A stretch of DNA of 55,693 nucleotides from a virus (IMGVR_UViG_3300022696_000140:1-55693), one strand, 5' to 3'. Counted from the stretch's first letter, positions 1-6,779 are shown. The notes: generated by a model from the letters alone, not told the origin. A program made the numbers and translations.

Positions 1-95
1 GTTTTCTTGGTTGAGGCCCCTTGCCTCAACCTCTACTAGTAATATATATAATGGTAAGGGCTGGCGCAAGTATTATTTATATAAATATTAGATTT
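1..95 (-). promoter_or_regulatory. Promoter + stem-loop cassette copy 1 (PeSL-like), running off the window start
   Basis: Minus strand: TTGCGC (69-64), 17 nt, TATATT (46-41), then hairpin GGTTGAGGC-AAGGG-GCCTCAACC (31-9); near-identical to five other copies. Confidence 0.85.
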
Positions 96-166
96 TTTTC
101 ATTCACTTCTTCAAATATAGATTTATCTTCTATGAAATAGATAAATGTTTCATAATTCATATATCT

Positions 167-298
167 TTATACATAATTTTTATAACCCATAGCGTATAAA
201 TAATGTTTTGTGTATATACTTTTCCATACAGCATCACGGGTAAAATACTCAATTTCTTGTGTTCTATGATAGTAGTTAGATGTAATTAAGATGTTGAT
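167..298 (-). pseudogene. Microprotein array member L (INILITSNYYHRTQEIEYF..., 43 codons); ATC where siblings have ATG
   Basis: Hand translation; keeps the L-x-T-x-N-x3-R-x6-F motif; in-frame TAG two codons upstream. Confidence 0.5.
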
Positions 299-432
299 AT
301 ACTAACAGACCTTCCTTCCAAAGTATAATATACATTGAAAGATACATGATTTTTGGGAGAAATTATAATCATCCTAAAATAGTTTTCCGCTATCGATCTT
401 GAGAATTGGTTGTATGTTATTAAATGAATCAT
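286..432 (-). CDS. Microprotein array member K, 48 aa (MIHLITYNQFSRSIAENYF...)
   Basis: Hand translation; ATGA overlap with member J; family motif. Confidence 0.7.
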   Translation of the reverse strand: MIHLITYNQFSRSIAENYFRMIIISPKNHVSFNVYYTLEGRSVSISTS

Positions 433-554
433 AACCCATACGACATGACAATTGGTCTATAGAAATAATTATATATTTCAATATTTGTATCAATACGTAA
501 CATGCCAAACGCACATAATCTATGATAAGAATTGCCTGTTTGTAAATATCGCAT
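429..554 (-). CDS. Microprotein array member J, 41 aa (MRYLQTGNSYHRLCAFGML...)
   Basis: C-terminal part of ORF-track 429..632; start reassigned to the ATG at 554, 4 nt after the stop of member I; family motif. Confidence 0.7.
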   Translation of the reverse strand: MRYLQTGNSYHRLCAFGMLRIDTNIEIYNYFYRPIVMSYGL

Positions 555-558
555 AAAA

Positions 559-696
559 TTATGGAGTATACAATATACTAATAAATTCATATTTAAAATA
601 ATACATAGATGGTATATGATAAATAAGAACATACATCGAAAATGTTTTAGTGTTCATGCACCTAAATCTTTCATTGATTGGTTCTAAATATAGCAT
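559..696 (-). CDS. Microprotein array member I, 45 aa (MLYLEPINERFRCMNTKTF...)
   Basis: Hand translation; family motif. Confidence 0.72.
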   Translation of the reverse strand: MLYLEPINERFRCMNTKTFSMYVLIYHIPSMYYFKYEFISILYTP

Positions 697-709
697 TTTC
701 GATAAAATT

Positions 710-859
710 CTACAAAATAGGCATTGAATAAATAAGACTATAAACCCAAATACTTTTAGATTTTATTAGAGTTTCATTATGGCGCACGCTCCACGAAAAC
801 CATATATTGTCATAATATCTAATATAAGCGTTTATTGTAACTAAATACAATGTATTCAT
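710..859 (-). CDS. Microprotein array member H, 49 aa (MNTLYLVTINAYIRYYDNIWF...)
   Basis: Hand translation; family motif. Confidence 0.7.
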   Translation of the reverse strand: MNTLYLVTINAYIRYYDNIWFSWSVRHNETLIKSKSIWVYSLIYSMPIL

Positions 860-883
860 GTTATTCCAATTTTAAGAAAAAAA

Positions 884-1027
884 TCACTGTCTGCTATAGC
901 TTGCGTACCCATAATCACGAAATGTATGTGTACACGATCTTATCGTAGCATCATCATTTAAATACAGCTTAAAAATAGTGATGTGTACATATCTATAGTG
1001 TTCATTCAAAGTTTTTAAATAGATCAT
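884..1027 (-). CDS. Microprotein array member G, 47 aa (MIYLKTLNEHYRYVHITIF...)
   Basis: Hand translation; family motif; alternative in-frame ATG at 1036. Confidence 0.72.
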   Translation of the reverse strand: MIYLKTLNEHYRYVHITIFKLYLNDDATIRSCTHTFRDYGYASYSRQ

Positions 1028-1044
1028 TCTAATCATTCTAATTT

Positions 1045-1200
1045 TTACAAAGTTTTTAAATCATCATCAGAATATCCTGTAAGCCAACTAACAAAATAGT
1101 ATGGATTATATTCGAGTGTAATTCCAAATAATATATCTTCTTTAAAAGATTGAATTGTTAGACATCTATAGTTTTCATTCAAAGTTTCTAAATAGATCAT
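1045..1200 (-). CDS. Microprotein array member F, 51 aa (MIYLETLNENYRCLTIQSF...)
   Basis: Hand translation; starts 1 nt after the stop of member E; family motif. Confidence 0.75.
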   Translation of the reverse strand: MIYLETLNENYRCLTIQSFKEDILFGITLEYNPYYFVSWLTGYSDDDLKTL

Positions 1201-1201
1201 A

Positions 1202-1357
1202 TCAGAAGTTTTTATCATAATATAAATAGCTTATTTGATTATATGTATAAAAATATGGTTTACATAATTCTTCATCAAAACAATCTCCCATAGAAAATTC
1301 AAAATTTTTTATTTTCATTCCCCTAAAATACTCATTAATTGTTTCTAAATAAATCAT
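1202..1357 (-). CDS. Microprotein array member E, 51 aa (MIYLETINEYFRGMKIKNF...)
   Basis: Hand translation; ATGA overlap with member D; family motif. Confidence 0.75.
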   Translation of the reverse strand: MIYLETINEYFRGMKIKNFEFSMGDCFDEELCKPYFYTYNQISYLYYDKNF

Positions 1358-1488
1358 AAAAAATAATATCCATTACGATACACACTCAAACGAATATATT
1401 GAATACCAACAAAATAAAATAGATATTGATCAAAATCATTTAAATTACATGCTCTAAAAAAAGCATTCTCATTTTCTAAATAGATCAT
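1354..1488 (-). CDS. Microprotein array member D, 44 aa (MIYLENENAFFRACNLNDF...)
   Basis: Hand translation; ATGA overlaps at both ends; family motif. Confidence 0.75.
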   Translation of the reverse strand: MIYLENENAFFRACNLNDFDQYLFYFVGIQYIRLSVYRNGYYFL

Positions 1489-1610
1489 ATACGATAAAAT
1501 GGTTTAAAAGGTTCATAATAAAAACAATTCTCAATATTTAATATAAATATTTTAAAACTAGAAATTTGACAACTTCTAAACCATTCATTTTGAGTCGTTA
1601 AATATTTCAT
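1485..1610 (-). CDS. Microprotein array member C, 41 aa (MKYLTTQNEWFRSCQISSF...)
   Basis: Hand translation; ATGA overlaps at both ends; family motif. Confidence 0.75.
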   Translation of the reverse strand: MKYLTTQNEWFRSCQISSFKIFILNIENCFYYEPFKPFYRI

Positions 1611-1753
1611 GATTTATTTTCTATTGTAGTCATCTCAAGATAGATATTGCTGTAATCTTCATGAGTATAGCAGTTTATAGACATACAGAAAATATACATT
1701 TCATACCAACGAAAACTATAATTTTGACAAACTAAATAAATTTCATTTTTCAT
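1607..1753 (-). CDS. Microprotein array member B, 48 aa (MKNEIYLVCQNYSFRWYEMYIF...)
   Basis: Hand translation; ATGA overlap with member C; family motif. Confidence 0.7.
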   Translation of the reverse strand: MKNEIYLVCQNYSFRWYEMYIFCMSINCYTHEDYSNIYLEMTTIENKS

Positions 1754-1889
1754 AAAAATCTAAATCTACTTCTATAATGTAAAATCCCTGAAGTGAGGAA
1801 TATAAATTGTTTAGAATTTCAATTGGATAGTTACATAATAATTCAATTGGACAAAATCTATAAATTGCTGATACAGTTCTATAATACAT
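1743..1889 (-). CDS. Microprotein array member A, 48 aa (MYYRTVSAIYRFCPIELL...), divergent
   Basis: Hand translation; overlaps start of member B; keeps Y, T and YR of the motif. Confidence 0.55.
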   Translation of the reverse strand: MYYRTVSAIYRFCPIELLCNYPIEILNNLYSSLQGFYIIEVDLDFYEK

Positions 1890-1924
1890 ACAAAATTCTT
1901 TCTTTAAAAACGTATTTCGATCAA

Positions 1925-1969
1925 ATATTTAGTCATAAATGGCAATATTTAGTGTTTATGACTAAATAT
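1925..1969. repeat. Perfect 15-bp inverted repeat with 15-nt loop upstream of the microprotein array
   Basis: ATATTTAGTCATAAA (1925-1939) / TTTATGACTAAATAT (1955-1969). Confidence 0.8.
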
Positions 1970-1986
1970 AAAATCAATATCTATTT

Positions 1987-2175
1987 TTATGATAAAAAGT
2001 ATTCAATCGATTCTGTTTGACGTTTTGAACACTCAATCAATCTTTCTGGGTTTGCAACAACACCCAAAGAAGAATCTCTTAAACTTACAAGAAGAACTCC
2101 GCCTTTATGATTTTTAAGGGTAGATTTTCTCCAACATCTACCCTTAAACCACACATATTTTTTCTTATTTTCCAT
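1987..2175 (-). CDS. Hypothetical protein
   Basis: ORF track 1987..2211; ATG at 2175 (MENKKKYVWF) preferred. Confidence 0.55.
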   Translation of the reverse strand: MENKKKYVWFKGRCWRKSTLKNHKGGVLLVSLRDSSLGVVANPERLIECSKRQTESIEYFLS

Positions 2176-2214
2176 AAATAAATATATATATAATGTTAGA
2201 AAGGTTTGCAAGTA

Positions 2215-2424
2215 TTATTCAAAAAATTCTTCAAATGCAACTCCGAGCTGCAGCTCAAAATCATATTCATCCTGCCATATTCCCACGTTTTGGGCTGGGA
2301 ATAGTGTAGAGAGCATATTATACTCTTCTTTGCTCATATGGCCTTTGTGAGAGACTTCTGCGTTGAGAATTTTGTCTTCTTTTTCAGTAAGTTCTCCATT
2401 GAGCCAGTTTTCATAATTTTTCAT
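2215..2424 (-). CDS. Hypothetical acidic protein
   Basis: ORF with AAGGAGATGGAAAATG initiation signal. Confidence 0.75.
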   Translation of the reverse strand: MKNYENWLNGELTEKEDKILNAEVSHKGHMSKEEYNMLSTLFPAQNVGIWQDEYDFELQLGVAFEEFFE

Positions 2425-2611
2425 TTTCCATCTCCTTTTTTTGGATTATGTCTTTATGGTATTCATGAATCGCTATGGTGAGAATATCCAATTCAGAGAG
2501 GTTCAACTTATCTTTCAACTCATTGATTTTGTCTATGGTTTGATCTGAAAGTGTCCCCTCTCTATGAGAGCCATTTTTATCGCACCAGAATGCTTTGATT
2601 GACATTTCCAT
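2411..2611 (-). CDS. Small protein, possible ribbon-helix-helix (CopG-like) regulator
   Basis: TLSDQTIDKINELKDKLNLSELDILTIAIHEY pattern; AAGGAG RBS. Confidence 0.55.
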   Translation of the reverse strand: MEMSIKAFWCDKNGSHREGTLSDQTIDKINELKDKLNLSELDILTIAIHEYHKDIIQKKEMENEKL

Positions 2612-2633
2612 CTCCTTTTTTTGGTTTTATGCA

Positions 2634-3170
2634 TTATGCATAGTGTGTTGTGCTGTATTCTTTTTCCCAATCACCGATGTTGAGATATGCGCCGTGTTTG
2701 AGAGTCCACCCATATTCTGTGGGATTCGCTCTAATCTCCACAACATCACTAACAAAACAATCTTTTTTTGTTTTGTGATAAATTGTGTGTTGAGGGTCTC
2801 CTCTTTTTGAAGTTTCGATTTCAGCAATAGAAATCTTATTGCCGACAACATTCACAATTTGATAAAATTCTCTGTTAGTTTGTTCCCAACCCCAGCAACT
2901 AACCAGAAGCTGACCAACTTTGTAAGAATGTCCATCTTGTTTGATGGTGTTGATTTTTTCTCTTTTTTTGATTTTTTTCTCTTCTTTAGCTTTCCATCTG
3001 GTGTGCCAAAGGTCGAAAACCAATCTCAAAGATTCTGGGCCATTGTAGCGATAGAATTTCTTTTTTCTATTCTTAGCTTTTGGGTAGTAAACAATTCTCA
3101 CTACACCGCCAATTTCCTCAACAGAAATTCTATCTCCTGTTGGTTTGTGGATCAATTCTTTGATTGACAT
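2634..3170 (-). CDS. Hypothetical phage early protein
   Basis: 178 aa ORF directly downstream of cassette copy 2. Confidence 0.8.
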   Translation of the reverse strand: MSIKELIHKPTGDRISVEEIGGVVRIVYYPKAKNRKKKFYRYNGPESLRLVFDLWHTRWKAKEEKKIKKREKINTIKQDGHSYKVGQLLVSCWGWEQTNREFYQIVNVVGNKISIAEIETSKRGDPQHTIYHKTKKDCFVSDVVEIRANPTEYGWTLKHGAYLNIGDWEKEYSTTHYA

Positions 3171-3285
3171 CTCAAAACTTCCTTTTTGGTTTGTTTTTGG
3201 TTGAGGCCCCTTGCCTCAACCTCTACTAATAATATATATAATGGCACTGACGTGCGCAAGTATTATTTATATAAATAGTGTATTT
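3171..3285 (-). promoter_or_regulatory. Promoter + stem-loop cassette copy 2
   Basis: TTGCGC-17-TATATT, GGTTGAGGC/GCCTCAACC hairpin, A-rich leader, AAGGAAG RBS. Confidence 0.85.
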
Positions 3286-3918
3286 TCAATCCCAAAGCGT
3301 CCTATAATATGTGACAAAATACGACAAACCTTTTTTAAGCTCTCTAATCTCATCTTTTGTTAGAGAATTTCTATCTCTACCCAACAGATGGAAAGAGTAT
3401 TTTATTTTGTTGAGAATTCTTTTCCATGCATTTAAACCATCATCAAAATCACTATAATGTTTGTTCAATCTTCCTGGATGGGATTTTATATTTTGGATGT
3501 AATATTCTAATCTTTTATACCACCATTCCGATATTTTTTTCGAAAACTCTTTTTCTTCTAACATAAGAACTTTAAAATTTTTCATGCCATGAACAAATTT
3601 GGTGTGTATGTTTTCTTCCCACACAAACAAATCTTTTTCTACCATATAAAAAGAAAAAATAATATCAAGAAAAAAATCAACCCTGTTACTATTTTTATAT
3701 AGATAATCAAAATTCCAATTTAATAGAATTGGTAAAATGTATTTTGAGAAGCTGTAATCCAAATTCCACACATCTCTACAATCCCACCCATTTTTTAAAT
3801 AAAATATCAAATATTTTATTTTTTTATCAATATGATAGAAATATTTAAAATCATAAACCAAAACATAAATAAATCTATTTATTTTTTGGTTGATTGGTTC
3901 TTTTGCTTCAAAATTCAT
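3286..3918 (-). CDS. Hypothetical phage protein
   Basis: 210 aa ORF, AAGGAG RBS. Confidence 0.75.
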   Translation of the reverse strand: MNFEAKEPINQKINRFIYVLVYDFKYFYHIDKKIKYLIFYLKNGWDCRDVWNLDYSFSKYILPILLNWNFDYLYKNSNRVDFFLDIIFSFYMVEKDLFVWEENIHTKFVHGMKNFKVLMLEEKEFSKKISEWWYKRLEYYIQNIKSHPGRLNKHYSDFDDGLNAWKRILNKIKYSFHLLGRDRNSLTKDEIRELKKGLSYFVTYYRTLWD

Positions 3919-3995
3919 AAAACTCCTTTAGTTTAAAGAATTCAATACTTTTTCTCTTGTGTGTAAACACACAACTTTTCTCTTTATAAGAGATT

Positions 3996-4643
3996 TTAAC
4001 TCAACGGCTCTTTTTTTCTTTTTTTCTTTTTTTCAGCAATGTAAAAATCGATTTCATCTTTTGCATTTTCAAGAAGGCCAGATTCTTCATGGTCACTACC
4101 ATAGAAACCAAAACAACTCGCTATGATCTCATCATCTTGTGCAACAGAGTAGCCGTAGACTTCTCCATTAACATAATTGGACAGAACCGATACTTCACTT
4201 TTGAGATGTTCCTCAATCTGAGAAACTCTTTTTTTAGAAATTTTTTTCCAAAGAAATTTTTCTTTTGCTTCTTCTTTGGAAACATAAACATAACCAATTT
4301 GACACGAATCCCATCGACAAGAAAATCCATCGGTATTGAGCAAAAAACAGCCATGCTCATATTTGTACAAATCCAAAATGATATAATTCTCTTCGATTTT
4401 TTTCTCAATAAAATTTTTGGCATCATCTTCATCAAGTCTTTCAAAATAGTCAGTGTCCAAATTCACACCGACATCAGATAAAAGTTCTTCTAAAACATCT
4501 TCACCATAAGTATCAGAAAAACCATAATCTTTCCTGAAAGTTGCAATCTTTCCGATGTTTTCCCATTCTCTTGGGCTTTCTGGCGAATCATCGATAACAA
4601 TATCGATTTTGAAATTTTTGTGATTGATAGTATCTACTACCAT
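3996..4643 (-). CDS. Hypothetical acidic phage early protein
   Basis: ORF 3996..4691; start reassigned to ATG 4643 behind the cassette RBS. Confidence 0.8.
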   Translation of the reverse strand: MVVDTINHKNFKIDIVIDDSPESPREWENIGKIATFRKDYGFSDTYGEDVLEELLSDVGVNLDTDYFERLDEDDAKNFIEKKIEENYIILDLYKYEHGCFLLNTDGFSCRWDSCQIGYVYVSKEEAKEKFLWKKISKKRVSQIEEHLKSEVSVLSNYVNGEVYGYSVAQDDEIIASCFGFYGSDHEESGLLENAKDEIDFYIAEKKKKRKKEPLS

Positions 4644-4765
4644 TTTCCCATCTCCTTTTTTGGTTTTCTTGGTTGAGGCCCCTCGCCTCAACCTCTACTA
4701 GTAATATATATAATGGCACTATCGTGCGCAAGTATTATTTATATAAATAGTGTATTTTTTTGAGA
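4644..4765 (-). promoter_or_regulatory. Promoter + stem-loop cassette copy 3
   Basis: Same -35/-10, hairpin (loop GAGGG) and AAGGAGATGG leader. Confidence 0.85.
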
Positions 4766-4784
4766 AAAATGGTGGATTTTAAAG

Positions 4785-4812
4785 AAAAATGGGGCAAAAA
4801 TGCCCCATTTTT
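4785..4812 (-). terminator. Intrinsic terminator after hsp20
   Basis: AAAAATGGGGCA-TTTT-TGCCCCATTTTT hairpin with A/T tails. Confidence 0.8.
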
Positions 4813-5225
4813 TAAGATATTTTGATTATTTTTTGATTAGTTTTTGACAATCGAGGGACTTTTATTTTTAGCAATCCATCATCACATTCAGCGGTTACAC
4901 CATCAAGATCAAATTTATAAGTGTCTATTAAATATGACACGTCTAAATCTCTTCTTGAAATTTTTCTAACAATCCACTTCTTTTTTTGTGATTCTTTTTC
5001 TTTTTCTTTTCTAATAATTCTCAACCTATTATTATCAACCAAAATTTCAAAATCGTCTTTTTTACTACCAACAGAAGCAAATTCGATAATTAAATCATTT
5101 TCCTCTGTTTGATAAATATCAACAGGATAGTCGATTTTAGCATTTGATAAAGGTGAGAAGTTAGACATTGATGATCTTGTTAGAACATCAAATTCAGAGA
5201 AAAAAGCATCCAATAAATCACTCAT
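4812..5225 (-). CDS. hsp20: Small heat-shock protein (Hsp20/alpha-crystallin)
   Basis: PVDIYQTE...IIEFASVG...A.CDDGLLKIKVP motifs; AGGAGG RBS; TATAAATA at 5291-5284. Confidence 0.92.
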   Translation of the reverse strand: MSDLLDAFFSEFDVLTRSSMSNFSPLSNAKIDYPVDIYQTEENDLIIEFASVGSKKDDFEILVDNNRLRIIRKEKEKESQKKKWIVRKISRRDLDVSYLIDTYKFDLDGVTAECDDGLLKIKVPRLSKTNQKIIKIS

Positions 5226-5308
5226 AAAAACCTCCTTAGATGGTTTAAAAAATTATGAGAATCCAATATGGTATCCTCAAAAATATTTATAATTTTAACA
5301 CAAAAAAA

Positions 5309-5382
5309 CACCTCGTGATAGACTCGAACTATCAACCCTCAGAGTAGAAATCTGATGCTCTATCCAATTGAGCTAACGAGGC
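5309..5382 (-). tRNA. tRNA-Arg(UCU)
   Basis: GCCTCGT/ACGAGGT acceptor, TCAGA-TTTCTAC-TCTGA anticodon arm, GTTCGAG T-loop; no encoded CCA. Confidence 0.9.
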
Positions 5383-5399
5383 AATGATTAAAAATAAAA

Positions 5400-5477
5400 T
5401 GGTCTGGAAGGTTGGATTTGAACCAACGTACTCTCGGCCCCAAACCGAGCGACTCAACCTGGCTGGCCTACTCCCAG
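5400..5477 (-). tRNA. tRNA-Pro(UGG)
   Basis: CTGGGAG/CTTCCAG acceptor, CTCGG-TTTGGGG-CCGAG arm, GTTCAAA T-loop, CCA end. Confidence 0.88.
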
Positions 5478-5606
5478 ATATTCTTCAAGAATCTCATTAC
5501 ATAGTTGATTAAGAGTAATGTCTTTTTCATGTGCCATCACTGCCAACTTGAAAAACTCTTCATTTGTTAAACAAATCTCAACATCTATAAAATTTTTTTC
5601 ATCCAT
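5454..5606 (-). CDS. Small protein, possible HicB/RHH-like DNA-binding domain; 3' end overlaps tRNA-Pro
   Basis: MDEKNFIDVE...LAVMAHEKDITLNQLCNEILEEYL; AGGAAG RBS. Confidence 0.6.
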   Translation of the reverse strand: MDEKNFIDVEICLTNEEFFKLAVMAHEKDITLNQLCNEILEEYLGVGQPG

Positions 5607-5620
5607 ATAAAACTTCCTAT

Positions 5621-5697
5621 TGGCTGAAGTAGGGGGACTCGAACCCCCAACACTCAGATTCAAAATCTGATGCTCTAACCATTTGAGCTATACTCCA
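5621..5697 (-). tRNA. tRNA-Gln(UUG)
   Basis: TGGAGTA/TACTTCA acceptor, G73, TCAGA-TTTTGAA-TCTGA arm, CCA end. Confidence 0.9.
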
Positions 5698-5712
5698 TCT
5701 ATTATGTTTTTA

Positions 5713-5740
5713 AAAAGATGCGGAAATTAATCCGCAATAA
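5713..5740 (-). terminator. Intrinsic terminator
   Basis: TGCGGA-TTAATT-TCCGCA followed by TCTTTTT. Confidence 0.6.
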
Positions 5741-5741
5741 T

Positions 5742-6482
5742 TTAAAATGGTAAAATAACTCTCAATCTTTCATTGTCAACAACTCTAATTTCAAAAGTTG
5801 TAAAGTTTGATAGATTTGTTACTTCAACTCTATCCTCTTCTGAAGGGAAGTACCAATCTCCACAATCTGAAGTGTTTTTAAATGCTAAAATAATTTCACA
5901 TTCACCATTCACAAAATCCGCTCTAATAGGAAATCTATCAATATTAGTTTGAACAGGAATCAAAACATTATTTGTTATGTTAGTGTCAACTCCACTCTGA
6001 TCAGGAGTTAAAACTTGAAGTGTTAACATAACAGCGTCACAAATTTGAGACCAATCAGATGAACCTTGAGTTGGGGTATCTGTAGTGCTTGTTTCAATAA
6101 CTTCCCAAATTTTATTATTTCTAAAAACTTTATCACCTTGAACATATGTTCCTTCTGACCAATTAGAAACATCCTGTAAAATCAAATCTGCCGGTGCATT
6201 AGCTCTTAGTCCGGCAATACTTTTAGAAACAGAGAGCCATCTCTTGTTATCTTCAACTGAGAAATCTAACCCAGTAATATCATCATTAGTCCACACCAAT
6301 TCATACTCATCGCCGTTTTGGATTCGCACCTCTTCAGCACTTGTTGCTGTATAATAACTAATACCATTAAGATCACCGTTAGCATAATTGTTTGCAAATG
6401 CTTGCAATAAACCATCAGTAATTTCACTACTTCTTATTTCTACTACATTTTTATCTACCACCGTTGCTACAAGACTTAACAT
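5742..6482 (-). CDS. Putative virion accessory protein with CBM5/12-like insert; paralog of 48451..49017
   Basis: NWSEGTYVQGDKVFRNNKIWEV...P....DW motif; GGAGGAG RBS before ATG 6482. Confidence 0.65.
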   Translation of the reverse strand: MLSLVATVVDKNVVEIRSSEITDGLLQAFANNYANGDLNGISYYTATSAEEVRIQNGDEYELVWTNDDITGLDFSVEDNKRWLSVSKSIAGLRANAPADLILQDVSNWSEGTYVQGDKVFRNNKIWEVIETSTTDTPTQGSSDWSQICDAVMLTLQVLTPDQSGVDTNITNNVLIPVQTNIDRFPIRADFVNGECEIILAFKNTSDCGDWYFPSEEDRVEVTNLSNFTTFEIRVVDNERLRVILPF

Positions 6483-6727
6483 TGTTCTCCTCCATTTTTC
6501 TTCCAATATTTATATTCTCTTCGTGTTATTTGTTGAGAATTAATAATTGAAAATTCTAAATCATCTGATGATTCTCTTAACTCTAACAAAAAAGATACAG
6601 GGCTTTGTTTAACACAGACTGTTTTAAGAAGTGCTGGTTTGATCGTATTAGGATTTTTTTTCTGACTTGCATATGTAATAAGAAAATAACTTCCAAAACT
6701 CAATCTCAATTTTTGAATTTTTGCCAT
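6476..6727 (-). CDS. Hypothetical protein (late)
   Basis: GGAGGT RBS; TATAAATA at 6766-6759. Confidence 0.7.
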   Translation of the reverse strand: MAKIQKLRLSFGSYFLITYASQKKNPNTIKPALLKTVCVKQSPVSFLLELRESSDDLEFSIINSQQITRREYKYWKKNGGEQC

Positions 6728-6779
6728 TCTTTACCTCCATTTAATGAATGTTCATTCATATTTATAATATTTACACAAA

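Noticed and set aside
429-632. 67 aa ORF as given in the track
   Set aside because: Its 5' part overlaps member I in another frame; the motif and spacing point to the ATG at 554
680-1490. CRISPR array (recurring TTCTAAATAGATCAT-like sequence)
   Set aside because: Period of ~120-170 nt, degenerate repeats that vary in codon fashion, and no cas genes; better explained as peptide starts
90-1980. Stop-codon recoding or one degraded long gene to explain the ORF desert
   Set aside because: Units end in TGA, TAA and TAG, change frame and restart with the same motif; genes elsewhere use the standard code
4644-4691. N-terminal extension MRRGASTKK of ORF 3996..4691
   Set aside because: This is the cassette hairpin and leader; the RBS points to ATG 4643
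5607-5663. N-terminal extension of ORF 5454..5663
   Set aside because: Lies within tRNA-Gln; real start at 5606
5621-5697. Suppressor tRNA (TCA or TGA visible near the anticodon)
   Set aside because: The 7-nt loop TTTTGAA centres on TTG, and U1-A72/G73 fit Gln
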